This document shows, piece by piece, positions 9,164 to 17,900 of a stretch of DNA of 23,901 bases. Each line of letters begins with the position of its first letter. Within the stretch, counting starts at the first letter, position 1. The stretch comes from an uncultured archaeon. GTDB taxonomy: Archaea > Asgardarchaeota > Lokiarchaeia > Sigyniarchaeales > Promethearchaeaceae. Below the pieces are notes generated by a model, which worked only from the letters and a program-made list of their open reading frames with translations, was not told where the DNA came from and made no database searches. The stretch spans positions 56,129 through 80,029 of the forward strand of contig CAZUTM010000001.1 in the NCBI GenBank assembly GCA_964623665.1, read 5' to 3'. The position numbers were made by a program, and so were the translations under genes.

Positions 9164-10312
9164 TTAGAAGCACCGGTGGATAACTTGAGCACCGTATTGT
9201 TTGTATTCCCTGCGGGTAACCCACATTCTCTGGAAGGTCTTCAACGAAGCAAGGATAGATCCTCCAATCCAGACCGAATACATACGTTCGGGTGGTGCAA
9301 TAATCTTTACATCGACTGAATCCGCAACTTGTTCTTTGATTTCTTTGGTTAACCGTTCTTTTAATCCCGGATACATGGTGGAACCACCGGACAGAACGAT
9401 GTTTGCATACAAATCTCTTCGGAGGTCGACATCACATTCTTTGATTGCGTTAACAATAAGGTCATCGAGTGGTTGCAACTCTTTTCCGATAACGCTCGGG
9501 TTAAAGAACACTTCTGGTGCCAAGAATCTCTCAACACCGATTGTGATGGTTTCTCCATCGGGTAACATATAGACTTTTTCCATACCCGAAACCCGTTTGG
9601 CCAAGAGAATTTCTTTTTCTGGGTTCAATGCAACATAACATAATTTTTCTTTAATATCCCGAACGATTTCTTTTTCCGCACCGGTTGAGAATGCGTGTCC
9701 TTTTTGTCTTAAAAGTCTCTGTAAATAGTTGGTTATATCCCGCCCTGCGAGGTCAACACGGGCAATTGTGTGACTGAGCGCGAAACCTTCATAGATGGGA
9801 ACCACGTGCGAAACTCCATCACCGATATCAATAACACAACCAGTGGTACGTCCAGATCCGTAGAGAGAAAGGACTGCTTGCATAGAAACATACATAGCCG
9901 GAACATTGAAGGTCTCGAACATAATTTGTGCCATCTTCTCTCGGTTTTTTCTCGGGTTCAAAGGTGCCTCCGTTAACAAAATCGGGTGTTCGGAGGGATC
10001 GACTCGAAGATCAGTAAAGAAGGTGTAGTGCCAGATTTTCTCCATGGCAATCCAGTCCTCAATAATACCGTGTTCAACAGGATAATTTAATTTCAAAACA
10101 CCTTTCATCGAAAGCGCTTCTTCACCGATATAATACTCCCGCGAGTAGTGTTCTACATCAGACATAATCGAAACATATTTTGGATATCCAACGAGCGTGG
10201 GAAACACACTACGTGGTTGGTCTTCACCGGCAAAGCCGTTTTTGGACATACCAGTACCGTTGTCTACTACAAGCGGTTTCGCTGATAGGAAATCTTGTTC
10301 TTCAGCCGCCAT
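9164..10312 (-). CDS. Eukaryote-like actin (lokiactin-type Asgard actin)
   Basis: Long stretches match canonical actin motifs: [108 protein letters not shown] and [23 protein letters not shown]. The length of 382 aa is close to eukaryotic actin. Confidence 0.97.
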   Translation of the reverse strand: MAAEEQDFLSAKPLVVDNGTGMSKNGFAGEDQPRSVFPTLVGYPKYVSIMSDVEHYSREYYIGEEALSMKGVLKLNYPVEHGIIEDWIAMEKIWHYTFFTDLRVDPSEHPILLTEAPLNPRKNREKMAQIMFETFNVPAMYVSMQAVLSLYGSGRTTGCVIDIGDGVSHVVPIYEGFALSHTIARVDLAGRDITNYLQRLLRQKGHAFSTGAEKEIVRDIKEKLCYVALNPEKEILLAKRVSGMEKVYMLPDGETITIGVERFLAPEVFFNPSVIGKELQPLDDLIVNAIKECDVDLRRDLYANIVLSGGSTMYPGLKERLTKEIKEQVADSVDVKIIAPPERMYSVWIGGSILASLKTFQRMWVTRREYKQYGAQVIHRCF

Positions 10313-10653
10313 ACTTCATCGCCATTTTTTTTTGTTTAAGCCCAAATTTTTCCTCACATTTCTTAGGAAATTTCAGACTAACAATAATAGTTTGGATAAG
10401 CAACTATATAAAAATTTCCAAAGAAACGTTTTGTTGTAAGCTTGAAGAAAAATATAACGTTAGCACCTAAAAGGTTTTGCGTACGTATGTGTTAAGAGCT
10501 TTTAATTATTTGATTCGGGGAAAAAGGCTTTTAAAATCTTTTTATTGAAAAAGCCAGAATTCCTTTTTTTGTGGAAATATTTTAGTTCAACGACTATTTA
10601 AGTAAAAATATTGAAAAGGAAAATAATATTAGCTTCTCAACATTTTATCGGGT

Positions 10654-11172
10654 ATGGAAGAAAACAACCTATTCAATCACCATTTGGTAGCCCAAGGAAA
10701 ATTAGACTATGCACGAGGAAAAAGGCCTAATGTTGATTGTATCTTTTGCGCTTTGCTAAATAACCATCCGGATGTGGAGAAATTGCCTCTGTATGAAACA
10801 GATGAAATTCTTGTTTCGCTTAATATGTTTCCATATAATCCGGGACACTTGATGGTGATTCCCAAGGTCCATTATGAATCATTCGAGGATCTCCCAAAAA
10901 ATCTCTATAATAAAATATGGGACTATGTTATTGCTTCGCAGAAACTCTTAAGAAAAGCGTTTTCGCCTATCGGTTTTAATGTCGGGTATAATCAAGGCGA
11001 TTTTTCGGGCGCTTCAATCAAACATATTCATGTTCATGTAGTTCCCAGATATAAGACGGAATTAGGATTCATCGATATTATTGGGCAGACAAAGGTGATT
11101 GTTCAAACCGTTTCCGAGTGTTTGCAGAAAATGAAACCCCTTGCCGACGAATTTTATGGCCCCTTGAAATAG
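10654..11172 (+). CDS. HIT (histidine triad) family nucleotide hydrolase/transferase, Ap4A-phosphorylase/GalT-like branch
   Basis: Histidine triad HIHVHVVPR, an upstream CIFCAL cysteine pair, and LNMFPYNPGHLMVIPKVH, which is typical of the branch. Confidence 0.85.
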   Translation: MEENNLFNHHLVAQGKLDYARGKRPNVDCIFCALLNNHPDVEKLPLYETDEILVSLNMFPYNPGHLMVIPKVHYESFEDLPKNLYNKIWDYVIASQKLLRKAFSPIGFNVGYNQGDFSGASIKHIHVHVVPRYKTELGFIDIIGQTKVIVQTVSECLQKMKPLADEFYGPLK

Positions 11173-11193
11173 ACCGCGATCGAAGGGTCTGTT

Positions 11194-12450
11194 TCAGTCC
11201 GTTCGGGTTCGGAAAACATACACGAAATCTCCTTTTTTGACGGGATGATCCACCTTAATGGTGATAATTTGGTGATTTTCCGTTGCAGCGAGAGGGGTAT
11301 TCTCAATCGATTTTCCATCGATCTGAATACTTTTAACGATTTGGGTGAAATAAGTTGCTTCTTTATTCTTTTTCGAAGATTCTATCAAAATTTCTTCGTT
11401 TATGTTGAGGGTGCCCGATGTGGCTTTGATTACGGCTACTTGGATATTCGGATAATAATTTTCAATCGTTCCCAACAATTTCTTTTCGAGTTTCGAGGCA
11501 TTTCCTTGAACATTTCGGTTATGATCTTCAACCTTCGGGCTATCGAAATAGAAGCCCGTGTGGAACCCTCTATTGAATACCGATTCCAATTGCACTTTCC
11601 ATTCTTTTATTTTGTCATCGGTATAGGATAAGTCGAATATTGAATCCAAAGCTTCTCTGTAGACTTTGGCGGTCACCCCGCAATATTTCGGATCCCGGAT
11701 TCGGCCTTCGATCTTTAAACCGCCTACTCCGGTGGCAATGACCAAATCCATATGTTCGATCATGCAGAGATCTTTTGAATTGAAAAAGCGTTGCCCATCA
11801 GTTTCAAACTTAATGCCTTGATCATCGCAGATCCAAAACATCCTTCGGCAAGGCTGGATGCACGCGCCTTTATTCGATGAAAATTCTCTCGAATATTCTG
11901 TTTCTTCGACCGAAAAAAAGCATCGACCCGATACCATCGAACACATCGCTCCGTGAATAAAGATTTCGGTCTTGGCCGTATCCAAGGATTTCGCTATCTC
12001 GGCAACTTGACCCAAGGACAATTCTCTGGATAAAATAATCATTTTTGCACCAAGCGCTTCGTAAAATTTTGCCGAAACCTTATTGGTTATATTTGCCTGC
12101 GTAGAGACATGAAACGGAACCCCGAGATGCCGGCATATCTGGATTGATGCTTGATCGTGGCATATCACCGCATCTATTCCCAAAGATTTGACCAATTCGA
12201 TGGCTTGGTGCAACTCCACGAGTTCATCATCATAAACGATTGTATTTAGCGTGAAATAACTTTTCACAGAATGATTCTTACAAAATTGGATCACTTCACC
12301 TAGTTCATTGTACTCAAAATTCTCTGCACGTTGTCGCATGTTGAGAAAATCAGCTGCACCGAAATAGACTGCATCCGCATAAGGAATCACTTCTCTGAGC
12401 GCGGGCCAATTTCCCGCTGGACAGATCAATTCAGGTTTCGAAGCGGGCAT
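11194..12450 (-). CDS. Peptidase U32 family protein (collagenase-like; the family also includes RNA/quinone hydroxylation factors)
   Basis: ELICPAGNWPAL....ADAVYFG at the N-terminus. EIFIHGAMCSMVSGRCFFS is a near match to the U32 signature E-x-F-x-H-G-[SA]-[LIVM]-C-x4-G-x-C. I prefer ATG 12450 (MPASKPELICPAG); the 21 codons up to 12513 translate a T-run (MFCCFFWCG). Confidence 0.85.
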   Translation of the reverse strand: MPASKPELICPAGNWPALREVIPYADAVYFGAADFLNMRQRAENFEYNELGEVIQFCKNHSVKSYFTLNTIVYDDELVELHQAIELVKSLGIDAVICHDQASIQICRHLGVPFHVSTQANITNKVSAKFYEALGAKMIILSRELSLGQVAEIAKSLDTAKTEIFIHGAMCSMVSGRCFFSVEETEYSREFSSNKGACIQPCRRMFWICDDQGIKFETDGQRFFNSKDLCMIEHMDLVIATGVGGLKIEGRIRDPKYCGVTAKVYREALDSIFDLSYTDDKIKEWKVQLESVFNRGFHTGFYFDSPKVEDHNRNVQGNASKLEKKLLGTIENYYPNIQVAVIKATSGTLNINEEILIESSKKNKEATYFTQIVKSIQIDGKSIENTPLAATENHQIITIKVDHPVKKGDFVYVFRTRTD

Positions 12451-12838
12451 TGCGATTTTCGCAAATTCTGGAGCATTTCGTTGATTTCCACACCAAAAAA
12501 AACAACAAAACAAAAAAAAAAGTTTGGTTTTCGGTTAGCTCTTTGATTTCGAGATTTCTTCAAAATCATCATATATGGCTTTCCATATTAAATTACGCAC
12601 GCTGTTTATAAATGAAATGTGTAAATTCTTATGAAATTCCATATAGCGAAATGTTTCGTCAAGCGTCTAATTTTATTCTTTTTTTTAAGTTTCTTTTTTT
12701 CTTTGCACTCCGAAATTAATTTCGATCTAATCCGGAGCATCGCACTTTAAATGTTCATTCTGATTGCGGTGATTTTTTTGCAAACATGTAAAAATAGTCT
12801 GAAAAAACGTTTCCCTTTACAGTCTATTCCACGCTCTG

Positions 12839-12875
12839 AAAAAAACGTGGATATGCTGCGGGAATTCCCATATCC
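12839..12875 (-). terminator. Hairpin plus T7 downstream of the 580-aa gene
   Basis: In the minus sense, GGATATG (12875-12869) pairs with CATATCC (12855-12849). The loop contains the palindrome GGGAATTCCC. T7 follows (plus-strand A7 at 12839-12845). The element begins 34 nt past the stop. Confidence 0.45.
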
Positions 12876-12908
12876 CGTGGAACCTTTTTTTGATGCTTTT
12901 TTTCGCTT

Positions 12909-14651
12909 TTAACCGACAGAATGATAATGAACGCTGGATCCGCGGTAGTGCAAACTCGAACGATAATATCCACGACGATATCTTGGGCCCACAATATAAC
13001 TCATCGGGTGGTATCTAACGATTTTCTCTATAACCGGGAACATTATGTACAAGGAGGTAATATGCATAATCGGCATCGTGAAGTACCTTAGTTTTATTAA
13101 GTCTTCAAGTGAGACTTCATCTTCCAACTCAAGAATCCGCTGATTAATGCACATGAGGAAAGCCATTTCGAGCATCTCCGGGATGAAACGGAACTCTTTG
13201 GATTTCATTATGATGTTTTGAGCCCGTTTAACGATGCACCAGGATTTTTCCACCGACCAAGGTAAAAGGGTAGCAAGTGCTGCGAAGAACCCGATTTCTT
13301 GGATATTGAATTTCAAAATTTCTCTGTATTGCAAGATGTTTTCGGGTTGCTTTGCAAAGGAAAGAAGAAATGCTGAAATCACTTTTTCGTTTAAGTCTTT
13401 AAATTCTATTTTGGAATATGGGTTGTTCGGGTCTGGTGGTTGTGTCTGAATCGCTTTTTGATTTGTTATTTGCCCGGGTTGACCCATTTGGTTTGTTTGT
13501 TGATTGAATGGTAGGCCCGATTGACCCATTTGATTCTGAATATTTGAATAACCTTGCTTAGGCTGCAAAAATGGGGGGGATTGACCACTACCACCATATA
13601 GCGTTTGAATTTGGGGTTTCGGAAGCAATTGCTCAATTAGGTATTTCAAGCGAGCGGAAACATCATTGCGAATCTTTTGTGTGAAATCTTGCGACAATGA
13701 CAAATTAACTGAGCGAAATTCTGTGTTGTTTCTGATGGTCCTTACATATTGATCGATGATAGGATCTTGATTCGCTCTGCTATTCCCGATTCTTTGCATC
13801 ATTTGTTCAAAGAAATTCAAAATTGCAATCATGGTGTTTCTCTCTTGTGAAAATTGTAATAAGGCGGTGTATTCCGGGCTTTGGTTTAATGGGATTTTAT
13901 AGGTATTGAATTGCACACCGTAAAGCCAGCCAAGCAATAATAGAATTATTTCTTCAAACTCGTCATAATTGGGATATTGCCAAATTTGATCCATACTTGA
14001 AGCGATTCTTGAGGCATTTCCTCCGATATTCACCGCAAACAATCCAAAGCTTCTTGGGAATTGACGGAATCGCGTCGTATCATCAATATCTTTCAAGATC
14101 GTCTCGAAGGCCGCATCAAGCGATTTAAGATGAAATAAAAACTCCTTAAAATCTCGTTGCAGCATGTTCGGTCGGACCTTTAATTCGTCGATGCAATCCT
14201 TTCCAAAGAGGGTTAATTGAACCCTTCTTCCATTGACAATCAGAGATTTATTGAGGATTTCCAACTTTTGATTTGTTGCCATCATTTGGTCGCGCAGAGT
14301 ATTCACTTTAGTCTCTATTTCAGAAACATTTTTCTTTGCAGCTTCGAATTCCGCCCTTAGAAGATTTGATTTGCTCATTTTAAATGCCAATTTTTTGAGG
14401 ATGGGGAGCTGTTTCACTTCTTGTTCTTTCCAAAGCAGAAAATTTTTCGCTTCTCTGAGTTTTTCAGATTCTTTGATAAATTCTGCTTTGATTCGAGTAT
14501 ATTCCTCTTTTATCTGACCAGGGTCTCCATCGATCTTGACTTCCGATAACAGACCATCGGAAATTAATACTTCTAGCTCATCGGGTCGGATCGAAGGGAT
14601 GAGCGTTCGATTGAACGTCTCCAAATATTCCAATACTTTTTTACTTTCCAT
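12909..14651 (-). CDS. Hypothetical protein: N-terminal coiled-coil, central Q/N/P/G-rich low-complexity linker, C-terminal helical region with an R/Y/G-rich tail
   Basis: 580-aa uninterrupted ORF. Heptad-like charged N-terminus (EEYTRIKAEFIKESEKLREAKNFLLWKEQEVKQL). Linker YGGSGQSPPFLQPKQGYSNIQNQMGQSGLPFNQQTNQMGQPGQITNQKAIQTQPPDPNNPY. Tail GPRYRRGYYRSSLHYRGSSVHYHSVG. No known domain was recognised. Confidence 0.75.
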   Translation of the reverse strand: MESKKVLEYLETFNRTLIPSIRPDELEVLISDGLLSEVKIDGDPGQIKEEYTRIKAEFIKESEKLREAKNFLLWKEQEVKQLPILKKLAFKMSKSNLLRAEFEAAKKNVSEIETKVNTLRDQMMATNQKLEILNKSLIVNGRRVQLTLFGKDCIDELKVRPNMLQRDFKEFLFHLKSLDAAFETILKDIDDTTRFRQFPRSFGLFAVNIGGNASRIASSMDQIWQYPNYDEFEEIILLLLGWLYGVQFNTYKIPLNQSPEYTALLQFSQERNTMIAILNFFEQMMQRIGNSRANQDPIIDQYVRTIRNNTEFRSVNLSLSQDFTQKIRNDVSARLKYLIEQLLPKPQIQTLYGGSGQSPPFLQPKQGYSNIQNQMGQSGLPFNQQTNQMGQPGQITNQKAIQTQPPDPNNPYSKIEFKDLNEKVISAFLLSFAKQPENILQYREILKFNIQEIGFFAALATLLPWSVEKSWCIVKRAQNIIMKSKEFRFIPEMLEMAFLMCINQRILELEDEVSLEDLIKLRYFTMPIMHITSLYIMFPVIEKIVRYHPMSYIVGPRYRRGYYRSSLHYRGSSVHYHSVG

Positions 14652-14757
14652 TTGTTTTCCTCCAATTTTTTACATTTTTTTTCGTTGACTTAACCATTTG
14701 ATTATTTCTCTTCAACTTTCAAAATTTTTTTCTACCATAATTTTTCCATTGATTATG

Positions 14758-15981
14758 TTATTCCAAAAAAGGGATGCTGATGGGCATAATGTTGGCCTCA
14801 TGATTCGATAAACATACTTCAAGTTTGCCTTGATCGAATTTCGGATAGCAGTAGTCGTCATCTTGAAGCGCAATATACACGAGATCGCAGAGTTCTTTTC
14901 GATACTCTACCCAAGGATTTGCTTCACCTTTTAATCGTAAATAAAATCCAAATACATGCGTAAGCCCATTGAGAAATTCGAACACCAGTTTGTGCCATTC
15001 ATCTTGGATTTCCGCCTTGACTTTTTCTTCAGGGACCGATTTCCAAAGTAATCCTTCGAGATCTGCAAAATGGATGATGCCGTCAGGTGCAACGATGCAG
15101 TCTTTATCGAACCAGACATCATGGAAACATAATCCTTCTATTTGCTTTGTTTTTTTATTTCGACGGGCGGTTCGTACGAAGAGGGAAAGAATCGCCGACC
15201 CGCTTTTGATAAAATTCAATAGGAATCGCTCGGCTTGCTCCGGATTCGTTATTCCGAATATGTTATTAAGTGTATGTTCATCGGAAATCACATGGTCGGA
15301 TTCAAAATACAATCGAATGTTAGATGGGACCAAGCGGATTGATTGGTAGAACGGCAGCGGAAATCTGCGAAACCAATAAAATTGCCTCGCAATAGACTCA
15401 AATTCTTCGGGCAATCTGACAGCAGCAATTAACGGACAGATGTATGCCCCTGAAATCGAAACGCCCGCGCTATCATTCGCAAGCATCGAAACGGAAAGTT
15501 CCCGAAGCGCATTTTCTTGACCATGACCGCCATATGGGCTTTCATTCATCCAATTTTCGCTCATGATAAATCCATTGGCCACATCGATCGATTTTATAGC
15601 CTCAATTAATTTCGGATCTGAGGATCGACAAGCCCGTAAGAGGGCTTCGGCTGAAAGCATGTGTTCGCTGAAGAGATCGGTATAGGCCCCGCAGCCTTTG
15701 ATTGATAAAAAATATTCCCGATTATCTATCGTAACTGCGTGGGACGGGATAATACAATTTCGATTCTCGTCCCGAATCGCGCTGTAGTCCGCCGTGCTTC
15801 TTGATATCGCATTGATTTTGCGGAATAAATGTGCGCTGCCGGACCCCAAGTATGTATGAACCCATTCTTTCAAGTTGGCAAACTTCGGATTTGCTTCAAT
15901 ATATTTTCCGCGTTGGGGCAATGCGATGGCCGTAATGGTGGTGTTCCATATACCGGATAGATAATCTTGAATTTTGCTCAT
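14758..15981 (-). CDS. Hypothetical protein with protein-kinase-like (PKL) motif arrangement
   Basis: 407-aa ORF. YFLSIKGCGA could be a beta3-Lys-type motif. LCFHDVWFDKDCIVAPDGIIHFADLEG resembles the HxD...(N/K)...D-x-E catalytic and metal-binding loops of aminoglycoside/choline-kinase-type phosphotransferases. The fold assignment is by eye only. Confidence 0.75.
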   Translation of the reverse strand: MSKIQDYLSGIWNTTITAIALPQRGKYIEANPKFANLKEWVHTYLGSGSAHLFRKINAISRSTADYSAIRDENRNCIIPSHAVTIDNREYFLSIKGCGAYTDLFSEHMLSAEALLRACRSSDPKLIEAIKSIDVANGFIMSENWMNESPYGGHGQENALRELSVSMLANDSAGVSISGAYICPLIAAVRLPEEFESIARQFYWFRRFPLPFYQSIRLVPSNIRLYFESDHVISDEHTLNNIFGITNPEQAERFLLNFIKSGSAILSLFVRTARRNKKTKQIEGLCFHDVWFDKDCIVAPDGIIHFADLEGLLWKSVPEEKVKAEIQDEWHKLVFEFLNGLTHVFGFYLRLKGEANPWVEYRKELCDLVYIALQDDDYCYPKFDQGKLEVCLSNHEANIMPISIPFLE

Positions 15982-16033
15982 TTTCGTTTCTTTCCTTTTT
16001 TATTTAATTAGATCGGTTTCCATTTCGCGGAGT

Positions 16034-17707
16034 TTATCTCCTATTAATTTTAATTTTGGGCGGCTTCTTTCCTTGGAGGAACATCGCTCCGACCAATTGG
16101 AAATTGAGTTTTGAATATATCTTTTGAACGGGAGCATTCCATGTTGCCATTTCCGTGATTGCTTCGTAGCCCAAATCTCGGAGTGCAGATAATCGAGCAT
16201 TTACTAAATGCCGTCCGATGCCGCGGTTTCGGAATGCCGGATGAACATAAAGGCCGTATAACCATCCCATTTTTTCCGACGGCGTGCAAAACGCACAGCC
16301 GATAATCACTTCTCCATTGATAATATCGGGTCGAGAATATTTCTTCACGGTAGGACTGGCTAAAATTTCCTGTACCCATGGTGCGCTCACGGGGACTTTA
16401 GCAACGTAAATCAAATCGCTGATCCTCGATTTATCAACCCACTTCGCGTTTTTAATATCATCATTACCCACATCCTCGATGGAAATAATCTTTTTTATCG
16501 GATTGATATATTCTGCACGCAACGGACTGATCATTTGCGTGTCATAAGAAAGATCTAGCCCGGTTAAATTGTCGCATTTGAATATTTTATATTCCTCAAT
16601 CGTTGAAAATCTCTCATTTTTGAATTCGGTAAAGAACACGTAGGGATTCGCATATTTGATCAATTCGTTGATACCACTTCCGAAAAACGAACCCACGTGG
16701 CCCTCTTTATCCAAAATGCCGATCCCCACAACTTTATCATTGAGCACCGCGGATACGATTTTCTCATTAAATACCACAGCCCGATGTAAATATTCCGGAA
16801 TCAATTTTATGTAATTGGAAGATAATTCTATTGGTTTATTTTGAATCCCTTGCATAATGGTCATGGGCCCTTTTTGTGTTTGCACTAATCTAGGTTTCCA
16901 TCTTATAACATTATAAATCGGAAAGATCACCACAAGGAATCCAACAAATGGCAACCAAAAGACCAGAAGCACGGAGATATAATCAATCGGAATCTCATAG
17001 CTTGCCGCGAAAATCCGAATCGTGGAAGATTTTTCAAACTCGGAATCACTCCATGCCCCCGTTCCTTTATCTGTTTCTTTGTAGTTCTCTCCTAAAATCC
17101 ATCCATCTTTATTGAAAATCATCTCGCTTGTTGAATATGCTCGGAATGTTCCATACGCATCATTGCGGTTAAATTCCCCGCTTGAAACAATCTTTGTTCC
17201 CTTAAACGGTACCAATCCGGTCCAATAGGTTCCTACTCCGGAAAATTGATATTCTTGATCCAACAACCAATAGGTGTCTGATGGGCTGTCGTTTTCGGCA
17301 ACAAATGTATAAAACCAAACTTGCATCGTTGTTGCATTGAAATCTTGATCATGGCCGGTTAAATACTCCAAGGTCTCGCGGGAATACGTGAAATCTATAA
17401 TATCCTTGCTTGAATTATCTTGGTTTTCGCCATATCCATCAGAATACTTATAAGTCCATTCAACCGTACCCGTTACTCTGGCGGTAGTTCCTTGAAACTG
17501 GATCTTGTAATGCCCGATCGCATTGAAATCTTCGCTGACTCCGTAATAGCGGCCCGCCGTCCCGCGAACTTTCCAATCCCACCGATATTTAAACTCGACA
17601 TCATAATTAGAAACGATCTTGCTTTGGGATATTGCCGTAATCAAGAAAATGCCTTGGATCACCAAAAATCCGATGTAGAGAAGGGCTAACCATTTTCGCT
17701 TTTGCAT
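16034..17707 (-). CDS. Bitopic membrane protein with an extracytoplasmic domain and a C-terminal cytoplasmic GNAT acetyltransferase domain
   Basis: Signal anchor KWLALLYIGFLVIQGIFLITAI. About 210 aa of W/Y/T/G-rich domain. Second TM VLLVFWLPFVGFLVVIFPIY. C-terminal GNAT core with the acetyl-CoA motif LYVHPAFRNRGIGRHLV. Confidence 0.8.
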   Translation of the reverse strand: MQKRKWLALLYIGFLVIQGIFLITAISQSKIVSNYDVEFKYRWDWKVRGTAGRYYGVSEDFNAIGHYKIQFQGTTARVTGTVEWTYKYSDGYGENQDNSSKDIIDFTYSRETLEYLTGHDQDFNATTMQVWFYTFVAENDSPSDTYWLLDQEYQFSGVGTYWTGLVPFKGTKIVSSGEFNRNDAYGTFRAYSTSEMIFNKDGWILGENYKETDKGTGAWSDSEFEKSSTIRIFAASYEIPIDYISVLLVFWLPFVGFLVVIFPIYNVIRWKPRLVQTQKGPMTIMQGIQNKPIELSSNYIKLIPEYLHRAVVFNEKIVSAVLNDKVVGIGILDKEGHVGSFFGSGINELIKYANPYVFFTEFKNERFSTIEEYKIFKCDNLTGLDLSYDTQMISPLRAEYINPIKKIISIEDVGNDDIKNAKWVDKSRISDLIYVAKVPVSAPWVQEILASPTVKKYSRPDIINGEVIIGCAFCTPSEKMGWLYGLYVHPAFRNRGIGRHLVNARLSALRDLGYEAITEMATWNAPVQKIYSKLNFQLVGAMFLQGKKPPKIKINRR

Positions 17708-17900
17708 GTTTCTATCTCCTTAGTATTCGATGATCTCTATAGGAAATCTTTCAATTTAAGCAATTAGTGCAAAAAATTTGGTTGAAAAATGTTTTTTATG
17801 TTTTCTAAAACGATGAGATCTTTAAACGTCGGTCAAATCGAGGGCTATGAATAGCGATCTGCAGAGTAATCCTTATATCTCATAAGATTCAATAAATATT

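Noticed and set aside
8920-9192. Track ORFs 8920-9192 (-) and 8951-9145 (+) with internally repeated peptides
   Set aside because: They are simply translations of the tandem repeat on both strands. One overlaps the actin 3' end, and neither has a start context or coding-like composition.
9201-10470. Multiple ORFs overlapping the actin gene, either antisense or same-strand out-of-frame (9201-9572, 9361-9558, 9770-9976, 10180-10470, 10197-10439)
   Set aside because: They are shadows of a very strongly supported actin CDS and its upstream region.
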